A DNA stretch of 63,118 bases, filler included, from Octopus bimaculoides (GCF_001194135.2; 8 parts of 7 records of this genome joined end to end with filler, not necessarily neighbours in it), one strand, 5' to 3'; counted from the whole stretch's first letter, positions 24,716 to 37,610 are shown. A program made the numbers and translations. Notes: generated by a model not told the origin, from the letters alone.

Positions 24716-25912
24716 GACAGAGCCGAATGCAAGAAACAGGATCGAAGCGATCAATACATTAGCTATACCGGTCGTGACTTAGAGTTTCAATATCATTAAC
24801 TGGTCAATTACTGAAACGTATCTTTTTTTCTACTCTAGGCACAAGGCCCGAAATTTTGGGGGAGGGGCCCAGTCGATTAGATCGACCCCAGTACGCAACT
24901 GGTACTTAATTTATCGACCCCGAAAGGATGAAAGGCAAAATCGACTGAAATATGTAATCTTGACAGAAAAATACGAAAATTGTTGACAATGCATAGAAAG
25001 CACCACCCTAAGGCAGATATAGAACGACTTTACCTGCCAAGAAAAGAGGCTGGCCGAGGACTTTTACAACTGGAATTAATAAGGAAGATTGCCACAATTG
25101 GCCTAGACACCTACCTGAAAAACTCTGAGGACTGGATGCTAAAACTTGTCTTAAAACATGAAAGCAAGAAAGCATCTTACTCAGTAACAAAACAGGCAAA
25201 AAAAAATATCTAAATGAATTTCAAATACGACAAATTCCAGAATTAGACGTACTAGAAACAAACACAGAAAAAGTTAAGCGTATGAAAACTCGTGCTAAAA
25301 CTGCTACCTTAGATATTCTTACTGATAAACGGCAAGAAAAACCTGTCAATGGCAAATACCCAAAGAGAGCGAATAATGCTGATGTTGATAAAGCCCTTAC
25401 CCATCAATAGTTAGTGTCTTCTAGTTTAAAATCAGAAACAGAAGGGTTTCACATAGCAGCCTAAAGATCAATGCCTACCTACAAGGGACTACCAGGCCAA
25501 CATGTTAAAGAACGGCAGTAGCGCAACATGTCGTGTATGTAAACAGCAAAAGGAAACTATTGATCACGTTGACTCCATGTGCAGTCTGCTTGCGCCTACA
25601 GAGTATTTCAACAGGCATGATAGAGCTGCACAATATATTCACTGGGTAATTTGCAAAAACCTGGACCTGCCCCATGATAAAAACTGGTGGGAACACAAAC
25701 CACCTCCAGTCTTGAAAATGATCACATCGCACTCCTCTGGCACTTCACCGTTCAAACTGACAGAAAGATAGATGCAAATAGGCCATACATTATATTGGAA
25801 GACTTCAGACAAAAATCATTCCTTCTTATTGGTATGACTGTCCCAATCGATATAAGTGTATCTGTCAAGACCTACCAAAAACTGAGCAACTATAAAGATC
25901 TTGAAATAGAAA
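24716..25912 (+). mobile_element. 5'-truncated RLE-type LINE (R4/Dong-like), 3' end in gap
   Basis: AINTLAIPVVT, HHPKADIERLYLPRKEAGRGL, CCHC finger CRVCKQQKETIDHVDSMC, RHD, NRPYIILED..MTVP..K..NYKDL; stops and frameshifts present. Confidence 0.92.
24817..24943 (-). mobile_element. 5'-truncated SINE A inserted in the LINE
   Basis: TSD ACTGAAA at 24810-24816 and 24944-24950; the LINE frame rejoins across it (INWSITE-ICNLDRK). Confidence 0.9.
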
Positions 25913-26399
25913 NNNNNNNNNNNNNNNNNNNNNNNNNNNNNNNNNNNNNNNNNNNNNNNNNNNNNNNNNNNNNNNNNNNNNNNNNNNNNNNNNNNNNNNN
26001 NNNNNNNNNNNNNNNNNNNNNNNNNNNNNNNNNNNNNNNNNNNNNNNNNNNNNNNNNNNNNNNNNNNNNNNNNNNNNNNNNNNNNNNNNNNNNNNNNNNN
26101 NNNNNNNNNNNNNNNNNNNNNNNNNNNNNNNNNNNNNNNNNNNNNNNNNNNNNNNNNNNNNNNNNNNNNNNNNNNNNNNNNNNNNNNNNNNNNNNNNNNN
26201 NNNNNNNNNNNNNNNNNNNNNNNNNNNNNNNNNNNNNNNNNNNNNNNNNNNNNNNNNNNNNNNNNNNNNNNNNNNNNNNNNNNNNNNNNNNNNNNNNNNN
26301 NNNNNNNNNNNNNNNNNNNNNNNNNNNNNNNNNNNNNNNNNNNNNNNNNNNNNNNNNNNNNNNNNNNNNNNNNNNNNNNNNNNNNNNNNNNNNNNNNNN

Positions 26400-26500
26400 A
26401 GTAAGATGAAATAAGTACCAGTTACGCACTGGGGTCGATATAATAGACTTTCCCCCTTCTCCTAAAATTTTCAAGGCCTTGTGCCTAGAATAGAAATAAT
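26400..26500 (+). mobile_element. SINE A 3' half after gap
   Basis: AAATAAGTACCAGTTACGCACTGGGGTCGAT...GGCCTTGTGCCTAG. Confidence 0.85.
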
Positions 26501-26988
26501 TATTAGTAAAGGTACAATTTATAATATAAAATAACAACAAGTCTTACAAACTTGTTAATTTGCTGGTCTTTGATTTAAAATGTCAGAGAAACTGGATTTC
26601 AATTCTTTTATTGCAATATTTTCTTCTTGATTGTCTCTTCTTTGATGTTTGTGAGTTATTTTTGTTGGTTTTGTGTTTAAAGTATGATAAATTGTTACAC
26701 ACCAACAATCTCCTGTTAATTTGTGATCTGTAAATATGATCCAATGAAAAGGCACCGAGATTATTGCGAATTATGCTCAGGAGTTGCAATGTTTCTAAGT
26801 AGTTTTGTCTGGGCCACACTGTCTTCATCTTTGAGAGAAATTGGTTGTGGTCGTTACCTGCAGAAAGATTTGTTCTATCGGGTTGAGATACCCAAGACGT
26901 TGTAGGTTATGAGACGGCGCCTCTATAACTCCTGTCAGGAGCTGAAGACACAGGGCAAGGTAAAATAATCTAATATGGCTGCATTAAA

Positions 26989-27205
26989 AGGGCGGAGAGC
27001 TGGCGGAAACGTTAGCACGCCGGGCGAAATGCTTAGCGGTACTTCGTTTGTCTTTACGTTCTGAGTTAAAATTCCGTCGAGGTCGACTTTGCCTTTCATC
27101 CTTTTGGGGTCGATAAAAAAAATAATTACCATTTGAATACTGGGGTCGATCTAATCGACTGGCCCCTCCCCAAAAATTTCGGGCCTTGTACCAAGAGTAG
27201 AAAAG
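26989..27205 (+). mobile_element. Young full-length SINE A with 17 bp TSD
   Basis: TSD AATATGGCTGCATTAAA at 26972-26988 and 27206-27222. Confidence 0.95.
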
Positions 27206-27822
27206 AATATGGCTGCATTAAAGAAATTTACATTAGATATACGGAAATGCAATTGTTTTATTGTTGAACTGTAGTTATAATTATTAAATAAATATAATAT
27301 AGGAGTTAGCACATTATGAGATNNNNNNNNNNNNNNNNNNNNNNNNNNNNNNNNNNNNNNNNNNNNNNNNNNNNNNNNNNNNNNNNNNNNNNNNNNNNNN
27401 NNNNNNNNNNNNNNNNNNNNNNNNNNNNNNNNNNNNNNNNNNNNNNNNNNNNNNNNNNNNNNNNNNNNNNNNNNNNNNNNNNNNNNNNNNNNNNNNNNNN
27501 NNNNNNNNNNNNNNNNNNNNNNNNNNNNNNNNNNNNNNNNNNNNNNNNNNNNNNNNNNNNNNNNNNNNNNNNNNNNNNNNNNNNNNNNNNNNNNNNNNNN
27601 NNNNNNNNNNNNNNNNNNNNNNNNNNNNNNNNNNNNNNNNNNNNNNNNNNNNNNNNNNNNNNNNNNNNNNNNNNNNNNNNNNNNNNNNNNNNNNNNNNNN
27701 NNNNNNNNNNNNNNNNNNNNNNNNNNNNNNNNNNNNNNNNNNNNNNNNNNNNNNNNNNNNNNNNNNNNNNNNNNNNNNNNNNNNNNNNNNNNNNNNNNNN
27801 NNNNNNNNNNNNNNNNNNNNNN

Positions 27823-27869
<47 letters not shown>

Positions 27870-28020
27870 CTCTATCTATCTAGCTATCTCTCTCTCTATC
27901 TATCTATCTATCCATCTATTTATCTATTTCTATCTATTTATCTATCTTCGCTACGTTTATTACAAGGATAATATGTCATATTATCCTTGTAATATGTCAT
28001 GGCGTTTAAATTAACGATTC

Positions 28021-28478
28021 TTAATATGCTGTCAATGGAATGATACAAAACTTTGTGGTGGCTTCATGAAAAAACACGGGATATCTAGGGTCAATAAAAA
28101 TTTGATTTCTGACGGGGTCACACATAGGCTTACAAGACTGACAAATGATCGTTGTATTACAGTCTTCATATTTCTTTCTTTGTGCTAATTTTAACAGCAT
28201 AAATATAAAAAATAACAATAGTATTCTGCTATATTTTATATAGGTCCTAAAAGATGAGAAAAAAATCACATATGAAAAAACATAATTTCACCATTTTTCA
28301 TGAAGATATTTAACAACACAAAAAGTAGAGAAAAAAACAACAGCACGAGAGGACTAACCTCCGTTTATTCTCGTTTCAGTTTTTCTTCCAATTTGGTTTA
28401 AATGAATTCTCATTTAAACCTTCAATAAGCATTCTTAAAATTGCCTACATAATTAACTTACCTGGGTCTAAGATTCAT
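28021..28478 (-). CDS. Speculative two-exon small ORF (28478-28462 + 28246-28021) with hydrophobic N-terminus and Cys-containing tail
   Basis: Donor CCCAG|GTAAGT, acceptor TTTTTTCTCATCTTTTAG|G, compatible phase 2. Gives MNLRPRTYIKYSRILLLFFIFMLLKLAQRKKYEDCNTTIICQSCKPMC...PLTAY*. No homology recognised. Confidence 0.3.
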
Positions 28479-28822
28479 GCCTGCATTCTCTCCTTATAAA
28501 TTCTCTTACATCCTGCTTAAATTACCACTTATGTTACATCCCAAGAAATCATCTCCACACTAACCTTTAAGCTATTCCTTAACTATTGCGCTTTGATTCA
28601 ATTTAACTATAGTAAACCTATCATTTCTTTAATGGACTACAGACGTCGTCGATAGCTGTCGTCTGTAACCTTCCTTTATTATACACTCAGTAAAACTTAC
28701 CCCGCTCTTTCTTCGTTTTGCTACTTTCAAATCTTTCTCTGTCTAAACTTATATAAATACCACCTTCCATAGATTGCAATAGTAAAATGTAGAGTGAGAA
28801 TTTTTTCATCTTTTATCTGTCA

Positions 28823-29068
28823 TTTTTACTTGTTTCGATCATTAGACTACGACCATGCTGGGGCACCGCCTTGAAGAATTTTAACCCAAGGAATCGACCT
28901 CAGTACTTATTTTTTCTTCAAGTCTTGTATTTATTCTATCGGTCTGTTTTGACGAACCTCTAGATTATAGGGATGTAAACACACCAACATCGGTTTCCGT
29001 CAACCAAATCCACTCACAAGGCTTTGGTCGGCTGAGGTTGTAGAAGGAGATACTTGCCTAAGGCGCCA
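28823..29068 (-). mobile_element. SINE B lacking its internal microsatellite
   Basis: Tail part joins head part directly at CATCGGTT|TCCGTC (~28990). Confidence 0.85.
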
Positions 29069-29307
29069 TAGATTAGTTGGAAACCCTGAAAAATGTACCA
29101 TAATAACTTTAGAGTCTAAGGGAAATGGTAAGGAGATACCATTTTCATTTATTAATTGATCCATTCTGCATACAAACCAATGTATAGCGAGGAAACGGTT
29201 GCTCTAACCATCCGAAAACTATTTTAGTGATGACAGACTAAAATTTATTGAATTTTTCTGCAATATATAACTGGTGACTCTTTTTATTAACTCTAATAAA
29301 CATTAAT

Positions 29308-29503
29308 CCTTTCTACTATAGTCACAAGGCCTGAAATTTGGGGGCAGGGGATAAGTCGATTACATCGACCCCAGTACTCAACTGTTACTTAATTTATCGA
29401 CCCCGAAAGGATGAAAGACAAAGTCAACCGCGGCGGAATTTGAACTCAGAACCTACGCGAAGCATTTCGCCCGGCGTGCTAACGGTTCTGCCAGCTCGCC
29501 GCC
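29308..29503 (-). mobile_element. SINE A with 21 bp TSD
   Basis: TSD TTAACTCTAATAAACATTAAT at 29287-29307 and 29504-29524. Confidence 0.95.
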
Positions 29504-29749
29504 TTAACTCTAATAAACATTAATGACAAGGTGACCTCGTAACGATTTGAACCAAGAGAACTAAATCGATCAAATTATCCTTCCGCTTTTTTTAAATAGA
29601 GATGGATATGTCATAATTTAGCTGTGATTCTATCTTGATTCTAATAGATCTGGTGACCAAATAGTGGTTTCCTTGACAACTCGTGGCTGTATCATATTTT
29701 TGGTTAGATATGAATTAACTTTAACTTGCCAAATGTTGACACGCATAGA

Positions 29750-30560
29750 AATCTTTTCCACATGTCCCTTGCATTGATTTGGATATTTTTAGTTTATTTT
29801 GCTTCATCTTCGTTCTCCATTTTAATCGCACTCAAACTGAACATATACACCATTTGTTTTCAATCCCGTTCTCTTTCTGCCAACACGTTTGCGAACTTCA
29901 ATTGCTGTTTATCCTTCCAATTCTTTACTCATTTTCTATTTACTGATACATTTAGTCTATTAATCCTTTAAATCGCCTCTTTTATATTTTCATGTCTACG
30001 GTAATTTTCTTTCATCGTACTCAACTTCACGATGTCAAGAGTGAAGAGAAGCTTAACTTCCTGTGAGTTAAATATTTCCAGGCGAAATCTTGTTGCCAGA
30101 TGTAACAATGATCCAGTTTAAGACCTGTTCGAGAAAATCAGTGGCGAAAACCAGGACAGTCGAGGTGTTAAGATGATCGCTTCGTGGCCATCACATGAAT
30201 TTTTATACTTTCGCACGAGTCCCTTGCAATTGGTTCTAAAAAATGATAAATACGCAGATCGATGCAGTGTTTCTAGATTTTCATTGTCTCATCTTGGGCA
30301 GATCTGTCTGTCTTACTTAGATCCTCAATAACATAGGATTAGTAATCCGTGTCTTTGCATACCGTGGTGTTGGTGTTTCTCTTCTTTAAGGTCGACGGCT
30401 TCGCGACGACATCGCTGTGGTTACAGGTGTTGGTAGCGGTGCTGGCCATTCATGCGTACACTTGCACCTGTTTGTGTGAGACTTCTACCCTCCTTTCCTC
30501 CTTCATGAAGCTGTGGGGAAGGCAGTGTAGGGAAATCAACGTCGAAAGAGAGTTGCCAAG
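29750..30560 (-). mobile_element. Possible very decayed LINE ORF1 (CR1/L2-like) remnant
   Basis: Only loose resemblance (SCDG..WF; KFANVLAERERD..VYMFSL..ENEDEAK); many stops. Confidence 0.25.
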
Positions 30561-30822
30561 GAGACCGGCGTTCGTTACAAAACCGTCTTCATGGCTTGAA
30601 GACACAATCCTCAAAACTAAAAATGGCTAGGAAAGCCGAAAACAAATTCACAAAATCGGAAAACACGCCACACAGGGCAGGTTCCCCCTGCAAACAATTT
30701 GCACAACCAAAATGTATTAGTTGTTGCACAACTTTTGCATAGAAAATATTATACAATACACAACTTTTGAAGGCAATATCAAGCAAACCTACTACGAGTC
30801 GATGTGACTATCGTCCGTCCAT

Positions 30823-30866
<44 letters not shown>

Positions 30867-30881
30867 CAGACAGATAGATAA

Positions 30882-30923
<42 letters not shown>

Positions 30924-31574
30924 CATCCGTTATCAATAATCTAGCTAGCAATTATGGACTAAATGATTTATTCACTCTCAATGGCTAAACATAGCTTCTT
31001 TTGAACTTGTCCCCTCAGGTGTACGTTTGTGTGTATGTGTGCGCGTGCGTGTGCGTGTGTGTGTGCGTGTCCGCGTGCGTGCGCGTGTGTATTCCGATGT
31101 TCAACAAATTCTTATTGGCGTGGATTAAGTAACTCTGTCGTACCATACATCAGGACGATTCATTACGTTCTTGTCGGGAACATACCACTTAAATATATTC
31201 TTAATTGATGATCTCATGGGCCAGTACCATACTATTTCGGAAGAATAAGTTCGATAGTTGTTACATCATATAACACTTCCGGCAGCACTGGAATATATTT
31301 GGCACATAAATTACTTTTAACGATGTTGGTTTCATATGGAAATTTTAAATGTGATAAAGATTTCTGTTATAAATATGATATAGATGTCTGATAGAGATTA
31401 GGTTTTTCGTTCTACAAATATTTTCTTCAGAATGTCTAACAAAGATATATTACGTTTGAGCTTTCATTAGAATCACACAGTACACACGTGTGCGTATGTA
31501 TGCATGTAGGTGTGTGTGTGTGTGCGTGTGCGTATGTGTGAATAAATATTCTCTCTCTTTTTCTCTCTCTCTAA

Positions 31575-31605
<31 letters not shown>

Positions 31606-31621
31606 CATACATATATATATG

Positions 31622-31668
<47 letters not shown>

Positions 31669-31786
31669 NNNNNNNNNNNNNNNNNNNNNNNNNNNNNNNN
31701 NNNNNNNNNNNNTTAATTAATTAANNNNNNNNNNNNNNNNNNNNNNNNNNNNNNNNNNNNNNNNNNNNAACAAACTGTGACGCTAA

Positions 31787-32024
31787 AGACCGAGGTTACC
31801 GTGGTCTTTTCGTAGGTTTTTCTTTCCACGGATAACCTCCCCATTTATTGGGAATTTTTTGTATTATTTCGTATTTTTTGTAAATACCCCAAACGTTTTG
31901 CGATGTTTTTTTGTCCCCACTTTTGTTTTTTTTTTCTGCTTTGTTTTCGACCCCCTCGAAAAGAAAAACTCTACATTTGTATTTTGTCCCCTCTGTGTTG
32001 AGCCCTGTGTGGCTAATAAAGAAA
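31787..32024 (+). mobile_element. Retroposon 3' end with stem-loop and AATAAA tail
   Basis: Hairpin GAGGTTACCGTGG/CCACGGATAACCTC at 31792-31839; terminal 40 bp match the 3' tail of the SINE at 40740. Confidence 0.5.
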
Positions 32025-32279
32025 CCTATCTATCTGCCAATCAATTCATAGCTCCCTCCCTGTCTTTCTCACGGACAAACAACATTTTCTCTGCCAATAA
32101 CAGTCTTCATCACAATTTCTCATGGGAAATATATCACAGATATTTTTATTTAAATTTTATCAGTGTTAATCTGATAAAATGTAAAAAATAGATATTTCTA
32201 CATTTTCTATAAAAAATTATCAGAAGCTTTATGTTTGACCAATTGAAATAGATCACTGTTCCATACAAAAGACCTTCTG

Positions 32280-32470
32280 GAGAGCAATTGGTATTCCATC
32301 GGTTATGGCGGTAAGGGTTCCAGTTGATCTGATCAGCAGAACAGCCTGCTCATGATATTAATGTGCAAGTGGCTGAGCACTCCACAGACACATGTACACT
32401 TAATGTAGTTCTCAGGAAGATACAATGCGACACAAAATGTGACAAGGCTGGGTTTTTGAATTACTGGTAC
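32280..32470 (-). mobile_element. Probable SINE-type interspersed repeat 3' fragment
   Basis: GC-richer block GGGTTCCAGTTGATC...GTGACAAGGCTGG between other repeats; family assignment by recall only. Confidence 0.45.
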
Positions 32471-32529
32471 AACTCTGCTGAGTTTTTGAATTACTGGGCT
32501 GTATCTGCCATGACTGTGATTTTGCTCGG

Positions 32530-32727
32530 CTTGATGGGTCTTCTTCTCAAGCATCACATAATGTAAAAGGTCTTGGTCATTGCCTCTGTGAGGCCCAACG
32601 CTCGAAAGGAACCCAGCCATTTTGCCTCCACGAGGCCCAACGCTCGAAAGGAACTCAACCACATTACCTCCATGAGGCCCAATGCTCGAAAGGAACTCAA
32701 CCAATTTATCTCTGTGAGGCCTAACAC
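32530..32727 (-). mobile_element. RTE 3'-end-derived repeat with 42 bp x3.5 minisatellite
   Basis: Aligns to the RTE C-terminus at 36500-36600 (RALGLTEAMT vs RTLGLTKAMT); units start at 32582, 32624, 32666, 32708. Confidence 0.8.
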
Positions 32728-32756
32728 TTGACTATATATATATTTATATATATATA

Positions 32757-33754
32757 TGTGGAGAACGACCGTGCGAACCAAAGAAGAATGGCGACGAACG
32801 GAAGAGGCTCTTTTAACGCGTCGCACGGTCGACACAAAGACATACTATATGACATGCGAGGGCTCACACGTGTAATGAGAGGCAAGTGCCAGTAAGGGAA
32901 GAGAGGGTGACAGACAACCGTTAGAAATATATAAAGAGTAGGTTTATTAACATAGTGAATTGTGTGTCAGTGTGTGCGTGCATGCGGCAATATAAGTAAT
33001 ACAATACATAAGGCCTTCTTGTACAAGAGTGTGTATACATAAATGTGTGTATGTGAATGAGAAACACAGAGCATAGAATAAGTGTCTTTAACATAGACTA
33101 TAAGAGTCCTGAACACTAGATAAGAAAGTACCAGTTCATAGAAGAGTTACACAGAAGGTAATGTTCGTACGCAAGAAGTTGTGGGCGAATAGCAGAGCTG
33201 TGGTGCCACATGCTGTGTGTGAAGTTGAGCGTCGATGCTGAGCTGCCCACTTGTTACAGAAGGTTCTCGGAGGTTATTCTGACTCTTATCTTCGTGGTGG
33301 AAACAGTTCACTCAAACAGTGCTGAGATGAAACCGCGGTTGTTGTTGTTGGGTGTACTCTGGTGGTGGTGCTGGCGACGGAACTGTAGTAGACAGTAGAT
33401 TGGTGGTGATGGCGTCGTCGCTGGAAACTGGCTGGAGCTGTGTTCTGTGTGTGGTCAAACGACCAGACCTGTGAGAGGTCTGAAGTCGGGACAAACTGGC
33501 GTGGATCAAACAGGGCTATTTATAGATGAAAAAGGGCTCACCGGAAAAGCAGAAAAACTCTCTCACGTGACTTTAACAGAAGGCCGCGATTGGTTGATAT
33601 GCACCCTGGCGCAAAACAGAACTGTAGACAAATGTCGTGCAAATAAGAGCCAATCAGGATGGTGGACACAACGGTCCAAGCGGGCCGAAGCTAGATGTTA
33701 GCGGCTACGTTATCGTTTATAAATAAATACCCGAGAGAGAAGGTTCCGCTAACA
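32757..33754 (-). mobile_element. Solo-LTR-like element (~1 kb)
   Basis: TG...CA termini; on minus CCAAT (33589-33593), TATAAATA (33517-33524) and AATAAA (32943-32948) in U3-R-U5 order. No TSD found. Confidence 0.65.
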
Positions 33755-33969
33755 GACACACATATACACATATACATGAATATACATGAATATATACACA
33801 CATCCATATAATTGTGTTTTACAGAAGCCGCACAACGTATCTGTTTGCTTTATTTAGCTTTTAATCAAAATTGTTTAACGATAAACTTTTGTTACAAACT
33901 TTATAACTAAGGCTCTCACTTATCTCTCTTCTCTTTGTCTTTTCCATTCACACTATCACATTCACAAAT

Positions 33970-34017
<48 letters not shown>

Positions 34018-34680
34018 ACAATACATACACATTCTTTCGTTTACACCTCAATATATTTACTAACATACAAAAGCATTGACTTCGTTATTAATTGAAGATT
34101 TCTTAATCTTAATTAAAGAATCATATACATTTAGTTTTCAAAGGAAATCTCGTCAAATATTGATTCATCTTGAATCTTAATCTTACATAAATTTTGATGT
34201 TGTTGTTGTCGTTTGTTCAATAGTCAACTCTTACTGAGCAGGTTTCTGATTAAGGACATTTCAGCTGTGGCTGCCGACTCATTTCAAAATTATATCTAGG
34301 TGTACATGAGCTCATACAGTCCATCCTTACTAAGTATGATGTAACGTAATTTCAAAGAATGTAACTGCTTTCTCTAATTGACCACACAACCATAAAGTTT
34401 CCCACCTAATTAGTTTTTGTCTTTCAAGTGACAATCTTGCTAAAATATCGATGTGTTTACATTTTATCTCCTTGATGTCATTCAATAATTCATGTTCTGT
34501 AATATTTCATTGAGGAATAACATATAACAAATGAATCATGAGGAAATATCAACTAAATTCTGTTGTCAATATTTAATATAGTAAATATTAGAAAACAAAA
34601 AGTTTCACTCATGGTTCATAATTGCTCTCTACAGTTGTTTCAACAGACAGATAGCAGTTTCATACATGAAATTGTTACAT

Positions 34681-34897
34681 TCTTTTATTCTTTTATTTGT
34701 TTCAGTCATTTGACTGTGGCCATGCTGGAGCACTGCCTTTAGTCGAACATATCAACACCAGGATTTATTCTTTGTAAGCGTTGTGATTATTCTATTGGTA
34801 TTTTTTGCTGAACTGCTAAGTTGCAGAGATGTAAACACACCAACATCGATTGTCAAGTGATGGTGGGTTGGGGACAAACGCAGACACAGAAATACAT

Positions 34898-34942
<45 letters not shown>

Positions 34943-35100
34943 GCTTCTTTCAGCTTCCATCTACCAAATCTACTCACAAAGCTTTGGTCGGCCTGAGGCT
35001 ATAGTAGAAGACACGTACCCAAGATGCCGTACAGTGGGACTGGACCCGGAACCATGTGGTTGGGAAGCAAGCTTCTTACCACACAGCCACTCGTATGCCT
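34681..35100 (-). mobile_element. SINE B, full length
   Basis: Tail, internal (TA)n and head all present. Confidence 0.92.
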
Positions 35101-36170
35101 ACCATTCATATTCAATTAATCTAAATGCGATGGAATACCAGTGTTAACTGGGTTTTGATTTAGATATTTCAACTTCTTCCCCTGAACAAATGGAGAATAC
35201 AACCCATTTAGATAAATCATGGAGAATACACCCCATTTAAATAATCATGCATAATTAAATATGTAATTATGTAAATGATGATCTATTTACTCTATGTATT
35301 GAAACAGCTGTAGAGAACAATTAAGATATGAATCATATGTGAAAGTAATGTTTTCATGCTCTTTACTATAAAGACATGTTGTTCACAACTCTCATTTTAT
35401 CTGATTCCCTATGTTTATGCAAGTTTATTCTGCCAATATTTATTACACTGCAATAATCTATTGCTGTGGAATGATGGGATATTAATGGAACTCTTAAATA
35501 CTGTGAATACATTTTATGATGTTTGTACATTAATTCAATATAAAGAAATGTTGTCAGTTATAGAGGCTTGGAGAATACTTACGTATATGTGTGTGTGTAT
35601 GCGTGTGTGTAAATGTATATGTGTATGTATATATATATATGTGTATATATATATATATATATNNNNNNNNNNNNNNNNNNNNNNNNNNNNNNNNNNNNNN
35701 NNNNNNNNNNNNNNNNNNNNNNNNNNNNNNNNNNNNNNNNNNNNNNNNNNNNNNNNNNNNNNNNNNNNNNNNNNNNNNNNNNNNNNNNNNNNNNNNNNNN
35801 NNNNNNNNNNNNNNNNNNNNNNNNNNNNNNNNNNNNNNNNNNNNNNNNNNNNNNNNNNNNNNNNNNNNNNNNNNNNNNNNNNNNNNNNNNNNNNNNNNNN
35901 NNNNNNNNNNNNNNNNNNNNNNNNNNNNNNNNNNNNNNNNNNNNNNNNNNNNNNNNNNNNNNNNNNNNNNNNNNNNNNNNNNNNNNNNNNNNNNNNNNNN
36001 NNNNNNNNNNNNNNNNNNNNNNNNNNNNNNNNNNNNNNNNNNNNNNNNNNNNNNNNNNNNNNNNNNNNNNNNNNNNNNNNNNNNNNNNNNNNNNNNNNNN
36101 NNNNNNNNNNNNNNNNNNNNNNNNNNNNNNNNNNNNNNNNNNNNNNNNNNNNNNNNNNNNNNNNNNNNNN

Positions 36171-36838
36171 TTACGTCCCACCTTCACAGGAGTCAGTCGA
36201 GCGGCACTGACAACGATCTCGCTCGAATGTTTTTACACATGCCACCGGCACAAGTACCACGAAGGCGACGCTGGGCACAGGTGCCATCACGATTTCTCTT
36301 CGCTTGCCCCAATAGGTCTTCGCAAACTGCGTTTTGTGTCCAATGGAGACGACGTTGGCCTGGGTGCCAGTCGTCGAATTTAGTTCGATTTCGATTTCAC
36401 TTGCCTCAACAGGTCTTCGCAAGCGGAGTTTAGTGTCCAATGAAGGAAAGATACGCATAAGTGGGCTGGCTACACCACTGGCAGAGGCCTTGGATTTACG
36501 TCTCACTTGGCTTGCCGGGTCTTCTCACGCACAGCATATTTCCAAAGGTCTCGGTCAGAAGTCATCGCCTTGGTGAGGCCCAGTGTTCGAAGGTCGTGCC
36601 TCACCACCTCATGCCAGGTCTTCCTGGGCCCACCTCTTCCACAGGTTCCCTCAACTGCTAGGCTGTGGCAGTTTTTCACACAGCTATCCTCATTCATTCT
36701 CTCCACATGACCATACCAGCGCAATCGTCTCTCTTGCACACCACAACTGATGCTTTTTAGGTTCAACTTTTCTCTCAAGGTACTTACACTCTGTCTAGTA
36801 TGCACACTGACATTACACATCCATCGGAGCATACAAAA
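36171..36838 (-). mobile_element. RTE-clade LINE 3' end (ORF C-terminus + 3' UTR)
   Basis: MLRWMCNVS...RRLRWYGHVERMNED...GRGGPRKTW...DRDLWK; UTR has an internal duplication CATTGGACAC..GCGAAGACCT. Confidence 0.92.
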
Positions 36839-36874
36839 CAAGGATGGAAAAAAACGAGCAAGGTTCTAGGGGGT

Positions 36875-37010
36875 GCTTTTTACGTACGACCAGTATGGGA
36901 GCCAGTCAGGTGGGCCTAGCATCGATCACGCTTGGATAGGGCTTTTTATGGATAGTGCTTTTTACGTGCCACCAGCATGGGAGCCAGTCAAGGGGTACTG
37001 GCATCGTATT
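36875..37010 (-). repeat. Two-unit tandem repeat TGCTTTTTACGT..GGGAGCCAGTCA, probably RTE-associated
   Basis: Two visible units; the association is inference. Confidence 0.5.
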
Positions 37011-37189
37011 GTAGAAGCATAACCAATTTATTGCACTTAAATTTCAACAATGAAGCCTTATGTGGGTCCTCAAGTTTCATATGGACCCTGGTTGAGATCC
37101 CCTTAAAAGAAATATAAATTGAGTTAACAGTTTATATGGGTACAGATTTGTTTTGGACAACCTGTCTATCTGTCAATGAATCTATCAGA

Positions 37190-37276
<87 letters not shown>

Positions 37277-37610
37277 AGTGTGTGTGTGTGCGTGTGTGCA
37301 TGCATGCATGTCTGTGTGTGTACGAGTGTGCGTGCATGCATGTGTGCATGTGTGTGCGTGCGTGTGCATGTGTGTACGTGTGTGTGCATGCATGCGTGTC
37401 TGTGTATGCGTCAGTGTCTGTGTGCGTACATGTGTGTATGTGTACATGCATGTCTGTGTGTGCACGAATGTGCGTACATGTGTGTGTGCATGTGTGTGCA
37501 TGCATGTCTCTCTGTGCGCAATTGAGTGTGTATGTGTGTGTGCATGTGTGTGTATGCATGCATGTGTGTGTGTGTGCGTTTGTGTGTGTGTGTGGGTGCG
37601 TGTGTGTGTT
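37190..37610. repeat. (GA)n followed by cryptic (TG/CA) satellite
   Basis: Directly visible; explains ORFs 37132-37787. Confidence 0.95.

Noticed and set aside
26555-26941. TGDCWCVT (thyroglobulin-1-like) and an 84 bp open exon-like block at 26941-26858
   Set aside because: Downstream domain residues are absent, frames are broken and phases do not join.
28456-28466. ACTTACCTGG resembling the U1 snRNA 5' end
   Set aside because: Rest of U1 is absent; it is the complement of a splice donor.
32582-32727. Regular repeats that might suggest a CRISPR array
   Set aside because: Contiguous 42 bp minisatellite without unique spacers, in a eukaryotic context.
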